Source: Planctomycetota bacterium
GTDB taxonomy: Bacteria; Planctomycetota; Phycisphaerae; Phycisphaerales; UBA1924
Reading direction: 5' to 3'
Assembly (NCBI GenBank): GCA_039815345.1
Contig: JBCBZM010000021.1
Coordinates: 1 to 31,866, forward strand
Length of the DNA: 31,866 nt
Under the pieces are notes generated by a model. It searched no databases and had not been told where the DNA came from. It saw only the letters and a list, made by a program, of their open reading frames with translations. Below are positions 16,301-26,214 of this stretch, piece after piece; position 1 is the stretch's first letter; the number at the start of each line of letters is the position of its first letter. The translations under genes and the position numbers were made by a program.

Positions 16301-17557
16301 ATGCCCGAATCGCTCGCTCGCCACTGGCGCCTCGACCTCGAGGTCATCCAACTCAACCACGGCTCCTACGGCGGCGTGCCCACCGCCGTCCTCGACGCGC
16401 AGTCCCGCGTCCGCGACGAGATGGAAGCCGATCTCACGCTGTACTACATGGAACGCCTCACGCCCGCGCTCGAGCGCAGCCGCGCGGCACTGGCGCCCTT
16501 CATGGCGTGCGACGCGGACGACCTCGCGTTTGTCACCAACGCGAGCCAGGGCGTGGCCACGATCTTTTCCAACGTACCGCTCACGACCGGCGACGAGGTG
16601 CTCGTCAGCCATCACGAGTACGCGAGCTGCCTGCACCAACTCCACCGCGACGCTTACGTCCGCGGCTTCACCGTGTCCTCCGCCGATCTCCCGTTCCCAC
16701 TGCCCGCCAACGCGAACGACGCGGCACGAGCGATCACCGACGGCCTGCTCAATGCCGTCAACGAGCGCACGAAGCTGGTGCTGCTCAGTTGGATCACGAG
16801 CTCGTCGGCCGTGGTCTTTCCGGCCGAGTCGATCACGCGGGCGATCAAGGCCAAGGCGCCCCACTGCCGCGTGCTGATCGACGCGGCCCACGCGCCAGGA
16901 CAGATCCCGATCGACCTCCGCGCACTCGAAGCCGCGGGCGTGGACTACCTGACCGGCAACCTGCACAAATGGGTGTGCGCCCCCAAGAGCTCGGCCTTCA
17001 TCTGGATCCGCCGCGGCTTGCACGAAACCGGCTCGGCGACGCCCTCCGGCGCGTTCGAGCCGCTGACGCTCTCCAGCCGCGCCGGCTACACGCCGAGCAA
17101 CGTCAGCCGCCTGCATCACCTGTTCGACTACCCCGCCACGGCCGACTTTAGCGCCTGGGCCGTCGTGCCCGAAGCCCTCGACACGATGTGCGCGATCGGC
17201 GACGAGCTTGCGGGTGCATCAGGCCTGCAAGGATGGGCGGCTCTGCGCGCGCACAACAACGACCTCTGCCGCCGCGCCCGTGATCTGCTCTGCGAAGCGG
17301 TCAACGCCGAGCCGCCGGTGCCGGACGCCCTGCTCGCCCATATGGCCGTCATCCCGCTCCCGCCGCTGAAGAACCCGCCGGCGACCATCAACAGCGACCC
17401 CCTGTGGCGCCGACTCCGCAACGAGCACGGCATCCAGGCCCCGGTCTGGGTGCAACCGGGCGTGGACCTGCGCTGCCTGCGCATCAGTGCGCAGGCGTAC
17501 AACGGCATCGGGCAGTACGAGCGGTTGGCGACGCTGCTCAGCGACTCAATCGGCTAG
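16301..17557 (+). CDS. aminotransferase class V / isopenicillin-N-epimerase-like PLP enzyme
   Basis: 418 aa. Fold-type I PLP pattern with the lysine in GNLHKW and preceding LSWITSSSAVVFP / DAAHAPG blocks, typical of class-V (NifS/IscS/epimerase-like) enzymes. Confidence 0.85.
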   Translation: MPESLARHWRLDLEVIQLNHGSYGGVPTAVLDAQSRVRDEMEADLTLYYMERLTPALERSRAALAPFMACDADDLAFVTNASQGVATIFSNVPLTTGDEVLVSHHEYASCLHQLHRDAYVRGFTVSSADLPFPLPANANDAARAITDGLLNAVNERTKLVLLSWITSSSAVVFPAESITRAIKAKAPHCRVLIDAAHAPGQIPIDLRALEAAGVDYLTGNLHKWVCAPKSSAFIWIRRGLHETGSATPSGAFEPLTLSSRAGYTPSNVSRLHHLFDYPATADFSAWAVVPEALDTMCAIGDELAGASGLQGWAALRAHNNDLCRRARDLLCEAVNAEPPVPDALLAHMAVIPLPPLKNPPATINSDPLWRRLRNEHGIQAPVWVQPGVDLRCLRISAQAYNGIGQYERLATLLSDSIG

Positions 17558-17560
17558 CAC

Positions 17561-19114
17561 TCACACACCATAAATCGGCTTCAGCTTCCCTTCCAGATAC
17601 ACCAACAGCGGCTCGTGGCTCAGGGGCTTGCCGGTGATGCGTTCGCAGAGTTCGCCCGCTCGGTAGCGCTTGCCCGGCGCATGGACGTGTTCTTTGAGCC
17701 ACGTGCGCAGCGTGCCGAAGTCGCCGCTCGCCATGCGGGTGTCGAGGTCGGGGATCTGCTCGTTGATCGTCTGCCAGAACTGGGCCGAGTACAGGTTGCC
17801 GAGTGTATAGGTCGGGAAGTAGCCGATGAGGCCGAACGACCAGTGAACGTCTTGCAGGCAGCCGCGGCGGTCGTCGGGCACGTCGAGGCCGAACAGCTCT
17901 TTGAAGCGGCTGTTCCACACGCCCGGCAGGTCCTTGGGCGCAAGGTCGCCGCGAACCAGCGCACGCTCGATCTCGAACCGCAGCAGCACGTGCAGGTTGT
18001 ACGTCGCCTCGTCCGCCTCGACGCGGATATAGCTGGGGATGGCCGTGTTGACCGCGCGGTACATGCTCTCGGGCGTCTGGCCTTGCAGGGCGTCCGCGAA
18101 GTGCTTGTTGGCGATCGGCAGCGCCCACGTCCAGAACGCCTCGCTCCGGCCGACGAGGTTTTCGAGCATCCGCGACTGGCTCTCGTGGATGCCCAGGCTG
18201 ATCGCCTCGGACAGCGGCGTGCCGAAGAGCGTGGCTTTGTCGAGGCCCTGTTCGTAGAGCCCGTGCCCGGCTTCGTGCATGGTGCCGTAGAGCGCATCGG
18301 TGAAACGTTCGTCGCGGTAGCGCGTGGTCAGGCGCGTATCGCCCGGCGCCAGGCCCTCGCAGAACGGGTGCGTGGTGGTGTCGAGTCGGCCCGTGTTCAG
18401 ATCGAACCCGAGCGCCGCGATGACTTCCAAGCCGAACGCGTGCTGGGCCTCGGCCGGGATGCGCGTCGAGAGCACGGCCGTGTCCGGCGGCGTGCCCTTA
18501 TCGCGCAGCTCGGCGATCAGCGCGCTCAGCCGGCTGGCCAGCGGCGTAAAGACCGCTTCGACCTCGGCCGCGCGGGCGCCGGGCTCGTAGTCATCGAGCA
18601 ACGCGTCGTACAACTCACCGCCCTCGGGCGCGCCCCAGCACTCGGCCTTGCGCCGCGTGAGATCGAGCATGGTCTCCAGGTGCGGCAGGAAAGATGCAAA
18701 GTCCGACGACTCCCGCGCGTGCTTCCACGCGTCCTGCGCCAGGCTGCCGACACGGGCCAGCTCACGGACCAACTCGCCCGGCAGGCGCACGGCCCGGTCG
18801 TAGTCGCGGCGCATCTCGCGCAGGTTGCGCGCGGTCCGGCCCTCGCTGTCGCTTGTCAGGGCGTCGTCCGCCTCGCACGCCGCGAGCAGGTCGCCGAACG
18901 CCGCGCTCGTGCTGCGTTCGTGCACGATGGACGCCATCGCGGCCGACTGCTCCGCCCGCGCCGCCGCGGCGCCCAGCGGCATGTACGTCTCCTGATCCCA
19001 CCCCAGCAAACGCGACACGCTCGCGAGTGTCCCGGTCTCGCGCGCGAGGGCGCAGAGTGCTTCGTAGTCCGCGGTCGTCGCGTCGCCGTGCGGCGCGGTG
19101 GTCATGCTGGTCAT
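17561..19114 (-). CDS. carboxypeptidase Taq-type metallopeptidase (M32 family)
   Basis: HEAGHGLYEQG zinc-binding HExxH plus downstream HESQSR and DVHWSFGLIGYFPTYTLG, diagnostic of M32. Start set at Met 19114 (MTSMTT..) because GGAGAGG lies 7 nt upstream. Confidence 0.88.
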   Translation of the reverse strand: MTSMTTAPHGDATTADYEALCALARETGTLASVSRLLGWDQETYMPLGAAAARAEQSAAMASIVHERSTSAAFGDLLAACEADDALTSDSEGRTARNLREMRRDYDRAVRLPGELVRELARVGSLAQDAWKHARESSDFASFLPHLETMLDLTRRKAECWGAPEGGELYDALLDDYEPGARAAEVEAVFTPLASRLSALIAELRDKGTPPDTAVLSTRIPAEAQHAFGLEVIAALGFDLNTGRLDTTTHPFCEGLAPGDTRLTTRYRDERFTDALYGTMHEAGHGLYEQGLDKATLFGTPLSEAISLGIHESQSRMLENLVGRSEAFWTWALPIANKHFADALQGQTPESMYRAVNTAIPSYIRVEADEATYNLHVLLRFEIERALVRGDLAPKDLPGVWNSRFKELFGLDVPDDRRGCLQDVHWSFGLIGYFPTYTLGNLYSAQFWQTINEQIPDLDTRMASGDFGTLRTWLKEHVHAPGKRYRAGELCERITGKPLSHEPLLVYLEGKLKPIYGV

Positions 19115-19182
19115 GTTCGATCCTCTCCGGGTTGCCTCTCGCGGCCCGTGGTGTTGCAAAGCCGGGGTTTGAAGTGCCTGAA

Positions 19183-20445
19183 TCAGTCTTCACGCACCGC
19201 GTGGCGCAGCGCGATCAGCGCATACGCCGTGATGAGCGTGGTGTTGTTTTCCATCCACCGGTCGTCCACCGAGGTAAACGAGCCGTCATCGTTCTGCAGC
19301 AGCGCGAGCCGGTCGACCAGGTCGCCACGCCAAGGCCGCTGGCCTTCGGGCCCGCCGTCCATCGCGCCATCGGCGCCGACCTGCACGAACGGTTCGCCCC
19401 ACGCGTACATCGCCCGGCCGAACGTCATGAAGTAGTAGTACAAGCCATCCAGCCCGATGCCGGGGTTTTCTTGCAGCGTGTAGTTCGACTCGATCCACGA
19501 GCGCGCCGCCGCGACGCGCGGGTCGTCGGCGTCCAGTTCGGCGTACGCGAAGCTCTTGAACCCGGCGTACGTCATCGAGCCGTAGGCCCGCAGCCGGCTG
19601 CCGCGGCCGCCGTCGCTGAGCGTTTCTTCGATCACGCCCGCTTTGCTCTCGCCTTCGCCGATGCGTTCGCCGTCGGGCCCGGTCGCGTAGATAAACCCGC
19701 CCTGGGCCGAGCCGTCGGCGTACGGCATGTCGTTCACGGCATCGAGCATCTGCGTGCGCTGTAGAAACACGAGCGCCCGCTGGTAGGCCTCGTGCTGCGC
19801 GGGCACGCCGGAATCGTGCAACGCCTGAAGCATGAGGTTGAGATTGCTGTTGTCCGGCCGGCCGTTGCGGCCGTACCCGATGCCGCCGTAGAACGGATGC
19901 TCGCGTGAGACGCGCTGCGTGGTTTCCGACGCGGGCGTGAGCTCGTCGCCCGCAAACGCGTCCTCGCTGTACTGCAGCCCGATCAGGAACCGCTGGGCGC
20001 CAGGGATGACCGCCTCCACAGCCGGCGCGCGTCGGCCGTCCGGGCCCTGCGCCAGCGCGAGCGCCGACAGACAGATCGCCGTGTTGTAGCTCGGCAGGAT
20101 CTGGTCGTAGATGCCGCCGTCCTCTTGGACGTAACTCAGGATCGCCGTGATCGCCCGGCGCACGCGGGGGTCGCTCGCGTCGATGTCCGGATCGAGCAAC
20201 ATCCCCGTGACGACCAGCCCCGTGATCGCCGGCAGCGTGGGCCCGCGCTCGCTGCGCTCCCACTCGCCCGTGTCAGGGTCTTGCTGAACGCTCAGATACT
20301 CGACCGCGCGGTCCATCATCTGCTCGGCGCGGTCGCGTTGATCGGGGCTGAGACCTTCGAGCCGTGGGCCCTGCGCCGCCGCGACGGCACCGAAAACGAA
20401 CCAAGCCGCGCACGCCGCCGAGATCCAATCGCCGAGCCTTCGCAT
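19183..20445 (-). CDS. secreted prenyltransferase/squalene-oxidase-repeat (alpha-alpha toroid) protein
   Basis: Start at internal Met 20445 (MRRLGDWISAACAAWFVFGAVAAAQGP, signal peptide). Repeated Q..D(G/T)G.(W/Y/F) units (QQDPDTGEWE, QEDGGIY, QNDDGSF) like terpene-cyclase / prenyltransferase beta-subunit repeats. Confidence 0.65.
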   Translation of the reverse strand: MRRLGDWISAACAAWFVFGAVAAAQGPRLEGLSPDQRDRAEQMMDRAVEYLSVQQDPDTGEWERSERGPTLPAITGLVVTGMLLDPDIDASDPRVRRAITAILSYVQEDGGIYDQILPSYNTAICLSALALAQGPDGRRAPAVEAVIPGAQRFLIGLQYSEDAFAGDELTPASETTQRVSREHPFYGGIGYGRNGRPDNSNLNLMLQALHDSGVPAQHEAYQRALVFLQRTQMLDAVNDMPYADGSAQGGFIYATGPDGERIGEGESKAGVIEETLSDGGRGSRLRAYGSMTYAGFKSFAYAELDADDPRVAAARSWIESNYTLQENPGIGLDGLYYYFMTFGRAMYAWGEPFVQVGADGAMDGGPEGQRPWRGDLVDRLALLQNDDGSFTSVDDRWMENNTTLITAYALIALRHAVRED

Positions 20446-20512
20446 CGCGCCACCCTTCTCATCCAACAAACACCCGCCCGTACCACGAGGTACGACCGCT
20501 CCGCATCGAATG

Positions 20513-21364
20513 CTACCGCTCGGAGCCGGCCTCGGACGCGGGCCCGGCCGCTGAGGCCGATGACCCGGCCGACTCGCCCGACATGATGACCCCCGCGGCG
20601 ACCACGCAGGCCGTTTCGATCCGCATGACGTGGACTCCGAACGACACCACCGTGGCGCCGGCGTGACGCGCCCGGTCCAACTCGGCCGGCGTCCAGCCGC
20701 CCTCCGGGCCGACCAGCAGACGGATACGCCCCGCGCCGGAGGGCTCGTAGGGCGTGCCGGACGCGTCGGCGACGACCAGAGTCGGACCATCCTCCGAGCC
20801 GCCGCGCAAGGCCTCGGCCATCCCGCAGCTCGGCCGGATCGCTAGCCGCCACGCCCGCCCGCACTGCTTGGACGCCTCACCCGCGACGCGCTCGAGCCGA
20901 CCGAGCTTGCCGTCACGCGGGTGCACCACCGTGCGGTCGGCGTCCAACGGCGTCCACGACGCAACACCCGCCTGCGCGAGCTGATCGATCATCCGCTCCA
21001 GCCGTTCCCCCTTCGGCGGCGCCGACCAGACGTCCAACTCCGGCCGCGTCGGCTCCACCATGCGCACCGAGTCCACCCGCAGCGTGAGGACCCAGCCCGC
21101 CTTGCCCTGCTTTTCGGTCCGGGCGACGGACGCCGACGCGATCGATCCCAAGCCGTCGAGCACCTCGACCGGCGCGCCCTCGCTCAAGCGCTTGACACGC
21201 ACCGCGTGCTTGGCTTCGTCGCCTTCGATCAAAACTTCCCCGCCGGGAGTCAGCGGCGACAGGTCATGGTCGTCGGCCGGTCGCCCGCTCACGGAGCGAT
21301 CGCGTAAGCCCTCGGGTTCCAGATGGATGCGGTGCGGCGCCAAGGTGTGCTCCAGACGCCGCAA
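20513..21364 (-). CDS. rsmE: 16S rRNA (uracil1498-N3)-methyltransferase
   Basis: C-terminal [14 protein letters not shown] motif and the N-terminal [10 protein letters not shown] region align to RsmE. The track ORF starts with TTG at 21364; an alternative TTG at 21343 would align better with E. coli RsmE, so the start is uncertain by about 7 codons. Confidence 0.78.
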   Translation of the reverse strand: MRRLEHTLAPHRIHLEPEGLRDRSVSGRPADDHDLSPLTPGGEVLIEGDEAKHAVRVKRLSEGAPVEVLDGLGSIASASVARTEKQGKAGWVLTLRVDSVRMVEPTRPELDVWSAPPKGERLERMIDQLAQAGVASWTPLDADRTVVHPRDGKLGRLERVAGEASKQCGRAWRLAIRPSCGMAEALRGGSEDGPTLVVADASGTPYEPSGAGRIRLLVGPEGGWTPAELDRARHAGATVVSFGVHVMRIETACVVAAGVIMSGESAGSSASAAGPASEAGSER

Positions 21365-21499
21365 GCGAGCGGCGCGCTTCTTGCGTCATGCCGCGGCGGC
21401 CGAGCGGCCTCGGTGCATGCCGCGCAGGAAGCGGCGCCCGACCCCGATATCGGTCTAGAGTGCCGCGCACGAACGGCCGATAGTACCGACAGCGCCGCG

Positions 21500-23125
21500 A
21501 TGACCACCGATTCAACCCCAAACAGCACGACCGAGCCCCTGGACCTCGACGACCAACTCTCCGACCTGCTGGGTCGGATCGATGAAGCCTGCGCCGAGGT
21601 CGAAGAGCGCCTGCGCGAACACGACGAGGACCCGGCCACGCTCGATCTCGAAGCGGCCTTGGCGCTCGGGGTGGCCGTGGACGACGTCGGGCAGGTCGCG
21701 GCGCCCACCAACACCACGGACGCGGCAATAGAGCCCGAGCCGGAGCAAAAGACAGAGCCGGAAGCCGCATCCGAGTCTGACCCAGCACCGGAACCCGAGG
21801 CGGCTGGGCAAGCAGAGGTCGAAGCCGAGGCCGAGGCCGAGGTCGAACGAGACCCCGTAGCTGAGATCGAGACCGAGCCAGAACCAGAACCAGAACCAGA
21901 ATCAGAAGCAGAATCAGAGTCGGAGCCAGAGTCGGAGCCAGAACCCGCATCGGTCGCCGATGCTGAGCCAGAAGCCATCTCTGATCCTGAGCCAGACCCC
22001 GAGCCAGGCCCCGACCCGGAGCCCGACCCAACTCCACAAGCGGCGACCGAGCCCGAGGCGCCCGGCGGCGATGAAGGCGACGAGTTCGATCTCGGCGCTC
22101 TGATTGATGACGCCGTCACCCGATCTGCGGAAGGGGTGGACGAGCAAACCTCCGAGGTCGTGGCCAAGCTCGACGAAGAGCTCGCCGAACGGGCCGACAA
22201 CGCGGCGCTCGATGTTGATCAGCCCGTCGAAACGGAACCCGAGCCCGCCGCCGAACTGCTCGGCGATGCGTCCGAGCTGCCAGCAAACGACACCAACGAC
22301 GACGATCAGACCACCCCGGATTCCAGTGCCGAGCCCAACGCCGAGCCCGAGCCCGTAGGCGAGGCCCCCGACGAGTCGGCCGCCGCCTTCGCCGCCAGCG
22401 ACCCGCCGGCGCCCGAAGTCGAAGAAGCGTGGCCGGATCTCGACGACGAGCCTCAACCCAACGATGAGACTGCGGCCCAGGCCGAAGCCGAGACCCCGCC
22501 AGCGCCGGAGCCCGAACCGACGCCCGCGGCCAACGCCGAGCCCGACACCAAGCCCAAATCCGAATCCAAGTCCGAGCCCAAGCCCGAGTCCAAGCCGGCC
22601 GCGAAACCGCCGAAGCCTGCAAAGGCGCCGAAACCCGCCAAGGCTTCCAAGCCCACAAAGCCGAGCAAGCCGGCCAAAGCCGCAAAGCCGGTCAAGGCCG
22701 CCGGCCTCCAACCCGCCGCCGCGACGCCCGCAAGCGCCAAGGCCGGCGGCCGATCCGTCAAGCAACTCGGCCCATGGATCATCGCCAAAGCCAAAGACTG
22801 GACACCCAAGGTCACGGCGTGGCTCATCGCGACCGGTCGGCGCCTCGCGCCCAAGCTCGCGCCGGCCGCGCTCACCACCAGCCGCGCCATCAGCAAGCCG
22901 CTGGAGCGCAAGCCCAAGGCCGTGCGCGACATGATCGGCTGGGTCGCGCTCGGCTCACTGTTCTGGGGCGGGTGCGTCTGGGTCGTGGTGCTCTTCTTCC
23001 GCGAGCCCGCGATCCCGCAGGCCGCCACACCGCCGGCCGCCCTGATCCCACCCGACGCCGGGCCGGGCCCAACGCCCGGAACGACGCCGATGCCAAGCGC
23101 AAGCGGAGTCTCGCTCGGGGAGTAA
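21500..23125 (+). CDS. low-complexity acidic (E/P/A/D-rich) protein with a lysine-rich KP-repeat segment and C-terminal transmembrane anchor
   Basis: 541 aa from ATG 21500; the upstream part of the 21323 track ORF overlaps rsmE. pI-extreme: about 350 aa with many EPEPEP/SE repeats, then [51 protein letters not shown] (histone-H1/AlgP-like). The hydrophobic helix [23 protein letters not shown] lies near the C-terminus. Confidence 0.6.
   Translation: MTTDSTPNSTTEPLDLDDQLSDLLGRIDEACAEVEERLREHDEDPATLDLEAALALGVAVDDVGQVAAPTNTTDAAIEPEPEQKTEPEAASESDPAPEPEAAGQAEVEAEAEAEVERDPVAEIETEPEPEPEPESEAESESEPESEPEPASVADAEPEAISDPEPDPEPGPDPEPDPTPQAATEPEAPGGDEGDEFDLGALIDDAVTRSAEGVDEQTSEVVAKLDEELAERADNAALDVDQPVETEPEPAAELLGDASELPANDTNDDDQTTPDSSAEPNAEPEPVGEAPDESAAAFAASDPPAPEVEEAWPDLDDEPQPNDETAAQAEAETPPAPEPEPTPAANAEPDTKPKSESKSEPKPESKPAAKPPKPAKAPKPAKASKPTKPSKPAKAAKPVKAAGLQPAAATPASAKAGGRSVKQLGPWIIAKAKDWTPKVTAWLIATGRRLAPKLAPAALTTSRAISKPLERKPKAVRDMIGWVALGSLFWGGCVWVVVLFFREPAIPQAATPPAALIPPDAGPGPTPGTTPMPSASGVSLGE
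21875..21946 (+). repeat. hexanucleotide tandem repeats (GAGCCA/GAACCA/GAATCA)n encoding (EP/ES)n
   Basis: Direct reading: gagccagaaccagaaccagaaccagaatcagaagcagaatcagagtcggagccagagtcggagccagaa. Confidence 0.85.
22549..22700 (+). repeat. degenerate 9/12-nt tandem repeats encoding the KP(x)K lysine/proline array
   Basis: Repeated aagcc(c/g)..aag units across about 150 bp. Confidence 0.7.
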
Positions 23126-23133
23126 GGCGGGTC

Positions 23134-24534
23134 TTAGAACGCCGCCTGTTTGGGCGCCCGCGGGAACGGGATCACGTCGCGGATGTTCGCCATCCCCGTC
23201 GTGAACTGCACCAGCCGCTCAAAGCCCAAGCCGAAGCCCGCGTGCGGCACCGTGCCGTACTTCCGCAGATCCCGGTACCAGTCATAATCGGCCTTGGGCA
23301 GGTTCATCTCGTCGAGGCGTGCGTCGAGCACGTCGAGCCGTTCCTCGCGCTGGGAGCCGCCGATGATCTCGCCGATGCCCGGCGCCAGCACGTCCATCGC
23401 CGCCACGGTCTTGCCGTCGTCGTTCATGCGCATGTAGAACGCCTTGATGTCCTTCGGATAGTCCATCAGCACCAGCGGCTGCTTGAAGTGCTCCTCCGTC
23501 AGGTACCGCTCGTGCTCTGATTGCAGGTCGGTCCCCCACTCCACCGGGAACTCGAACGACTTCTTGGCTCCCTTGAGAATGTCGATCGCTTCAGTGTACG
23601 ACAGCCGGCGGAAGGGCGTGTCGACCACGTGCCGCAGCCGTTCGATCAGGCCCTTCTCGATCCGAAGATCAAAGAACGCCATATCGTCGGCCCGCTTGGT
23701 CAGCACCTCGTCGAGCACCTCTTTCAGCATCGCCTCGGCAAGGTCCGCGTTGTCGTTCAGGTCGGCAAACGCGACCTCCGGCTCGATCATCCAGAACTCG
23801 CTGAGATGCCGGGTCGTGTTCGAGTTCTCGGCACGAAACGTCGGCCCGAACGTGTACACCCGGCTGAGCGCACAGCAATAGGTCTCCACGTTCAACTGCC
23901 CCGACACGGTCAGGTGGGCCTCGCGACCAAAGAAGTCCTCGCCGAAGTCCACGCCGCCGCCTTCCGCTCGCGGCGGGTTGAGCGCATCCAGCGTCGAGAC
24001 GCGAAACATCTCACCCGCGCCCTCGCAGTCGCTGGCCGTGATGATCGGCGTGTGGATGTAGTAAAACCCGCGCCGATCAAAGAAGTTGTGGATCGCCAGG
24101 CTCAGCGCGTGCCGCACGCGCGCAACGGCGCCGAACGTGTTCGTCCGCGCCCGCAGGTGTGCCACCTCGCGCAGGTACTCGAAGCTGTGGCGTTTGTTGC
24201 TCACCGGGTAGGTGTCGGGCTCCTCGACCCAGCCGACGACGCGCACGGCGTCGGCCGCGATCTCGACCGACTGCCCCTTGCCTTTGCTTTCCACGAGCGT
24301 GCCGTCCACCTCGATCGCGCAGCCCGTGGTGAGCTTGGCGACCTCGTCGGCGTAGTTGTTCAGACCGTTCCGCGCCACGACCTGGATCGGGTCGTGGCAG
24401 GTGCCGTCGTGCAACGCGATGAACGAAAGCCCGCCGTCGGCCTTGCTGTCGCGCCGGGTGCGGACCCAGCCCTTGACCGTCACCGCCGTGCCGGGCGATG
24501 CCGCCGCCGCCTCGGAAATCTTCAACCACGCCAT
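23134..24534 (-). CDS. asnS: asparagine--tRNA ligase (AsnRS)
   Basis: Class II aaRS motifs with the AsnRS-specific [21 protein letters not shown] block, an N-terminal OB-fold and the C-terminal GFGLGFERL motif 3. Start at Met 24534 (MAWLKI..) with GGAAAGGA about 10 nt upstream. Confidence 0.9.
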   Translation of the reverse strand: MAWLKISEAAAASPGTAVTVKGWVRTRRDSKADGGLSFIALHDGTCHDPIQVVARNGLNNYADEVAKLTTGCAIEVDGTLVESKGKGQSVEIAADAVRVVGWVEEPDTYPVSNKRHSFEYLREVAHLRARTNTFGAVARVRHALSLAIHNFFDRRGFYYIHTPIITASDCEGAGEMFRVSTLDALNPPRAEGGGVDFGEDFFGREAHLTVSGQLNVETYCCALSRVYTFGPTFRAENSNTTRHLSEFWMIEPEVAFADLNDNADLAEAMLKEVLDEVLTKRADDMAFFDLRIEKGLIERLRHVVDTPFRRLSYTEAIDILKGAKKSFEFPVEWGTDLQSEHERYLTEEHFKQPLVLMDYPKDIKAFYMRMNDDGKTVAAMDVLAPGIGEIIGGSQREERLDVLDARLDEMNLPKADYDWYRDLRKYGTVPHAGFGLGFERLVQFTTGMANIRDVIPFPRAPKQAAF

Positions 24535-24666
24535 GCCCTTGGTCCTTTCCGGCGCCGCCCGCCGGGATCGTTCCGGACGGAGGCGCAAGCCGCCGCGATG
24601 CTAGGTCGCCCCGCCCCGAGCCAGACCGCCCCGGTACCATCACGCCCGTTCTTTCAGGAGCCTTGC

Positions 24667-26085
24667 GTGGATCATTTCGCATACCGCGACGGCGAACTCT
24701 GGGCCGACGGCCTCCGAGCCGCCGAACTCGCCGACCGCTTCGGCACGCCGCTCTACGTCTACACCGCCGCCACCATCGCCGAGCACATCAGCCGGTTCCG
24801 CCAGGCCTTCGCGCCGTTGAACCCCGGCCTGCGCTACGCCGTCAAGGCCAGCGGCAACCTCCAACTCATCCGTCTCATGGCCGAGCTCGGCATGGGCGCC
24901 GACGCCGTGAGTCAGGGCGAGGTCGAACGCGCCTGGCTCGCGGGCGTCCCCATGGATCAGATCGTCATGGCCGGCGTCGCCAAAACCGACGACGAGATCG
25001 CCTCAGCCCTTTCAGGCGCCCACAGCCCGCTTGCGGGCTCCGACCTCCGCGGCCCCGCCGGCGCCGGCCCCGAACACCGAGGACCGATCGGCCGATTCAA
25101 TGTCGAGTCCGAAGGCGAACTCCTCCGCATCGACCGCGTCGCGCGCTCACTCGGATCGACGCCACAACACGCCGCGCACTGCTCACTCCGCGTCAACCCC
25201 GACGTAGACGCCCACGCCCACGCCTACACCACCACCGGCACCCACGCCAACAAGTTCGGCGTCCCCATCGAGCACGCGGCCGACGCCTTCGACCACGCCC
25301 GTGCGCTCGACGCCGTCACGCTCGACGGCCTGCACCTGCACCTCGGCTCGCCCATCCTTTCCACAGAACCCTTCAAGCTCGCAATCACCAAAGCTCTCGA
25401 CCTGATCGATGAGTTGGCCCGCCGTGGCCACGCGATCCGCTCGCTCAACATCGGCGGCGGGTTCGCCGCCGACTACCACACAGGCCAGGCCCCCTGGGCC
25501 CGCCAGTACGCCGACACCATCGTGCCCATGCTCGAACCCCGCGTCCGCGAAGGGCTGGAAATCCTGCTCGAGCCCGGCCGTACGATCATGGCCTCCGCCG
25601 GTGTTCTGCTCGTGCGCGTGGTCGATGTGAAACGCACCATCAGCAAACGCTTCATCGTCTGCGACGCCGGGATGAACGCGCTCGTCCGCCCTTCGCTCTA
25701 CGGCGCCGAGCACTTCGTCTGGCCCACACGCCCGGGCGATGCGCTCACACCCCTCGAGCGCGCGGTCTCGCCCAAGCTCGCCAACGAAGACATCGCCGAG
25801 ATCGAACCCGCCGACGTGGTCGGGCCGCTCTGCGAATCCAGCGACTTCCTCGCCCGCGACCGCCGGCTGCCGCCCGTGCAACCGGGCGAGGTGCTGGCTG
25901 TCTTCACCGCCGGCGCCTACGGCATGTCGATGGCGACGACCTACAACGACCGCCCCAAACCCGCAGAAGCACTGGTCCAAGGCGACGAAGCCGAACTCAT
26001 CCGCCGCCGACAAACGCTCGCCGACCTGCTCGCGCCCGAGCTCTCGTTGCGGTCGCCACAGCCGAACGATCCGCGTCCATCCTGA
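24667..26085 (+). CDS. lysA: diaminopimelate decarboxylase
   Basis: Only the last 472 codons of the 23521..26085 track ORF are real. GTG 24667 is preceded by AGGAG 7 nt upstream. N-terminal FAYRDGELWADGL, YAVKAS (PLP Lys), GGGF and the C-terminal CESSD / AGAYG blocks are all typical of LysA. Confidence 0.9.
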   Translation: MDHFAYRDGELWADGLRAAELADRFGTPLYVYTAATIAEHISRFRQAFAPLNPGLRYAVKASGNLQLIRLMAELGMGADAVSQGEVERAWLAGVPMDQIVMAGVAKTDDEIASALSGAHSPLAGSDLRGPAGAGPEHRGPIGRFNVESEGELLRIDRVARSLGSTPQHAAHCSLRVNPDVDAHAHAYTTTGTHANKFGVPIEHAADAFDHARALDAVTLDGLHLHLGSPILSTEPFKLAITKALDLIDELARRGHAIRSLNIGGGFAADYHTGQAPWARQYADTIVPMLEPRVREGLEILLEPGRTIMASAGVLLVRVVDVKRTISKRFIVCDAGMNALVRPSLYGAEHFVWPTRPGDALTPLERAVSPKLANEDIAEIEPADVVGPLCESSDFLARDRRLPPVQPGEVLAVFTAGAYGMSMATTYNDRPKPAEALVQGDEAELIRRRQTLADLLAPELSLRSPQPNDPRPS

Positions 26086-26214
26086 AACTCGGGGTCGTCC
26101 GTTCCCAATACAGGACTAGGCTAGAAGCGAAGCGTGCGCGGTCGCCCCATCCCGGCAGGCCGCAACGCATAGGTCTCCACACGCCGCGCCGCGGCTTAAA
26201 GAAAGGACGCCACC

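Noticed and set aside
17615-19435. 606-aa + strand ORF
   Set aside because: Antisense to the M32 carboxypeptidase, whose HEAGH zinc site validates the minus frame.
23521-26085. 854-aa + strand ORF
   Set aside because: N-terminal 382 codons are antisense to asnS. The real lysA gene starts at the GTG at 24667 with an AGGAG SD.
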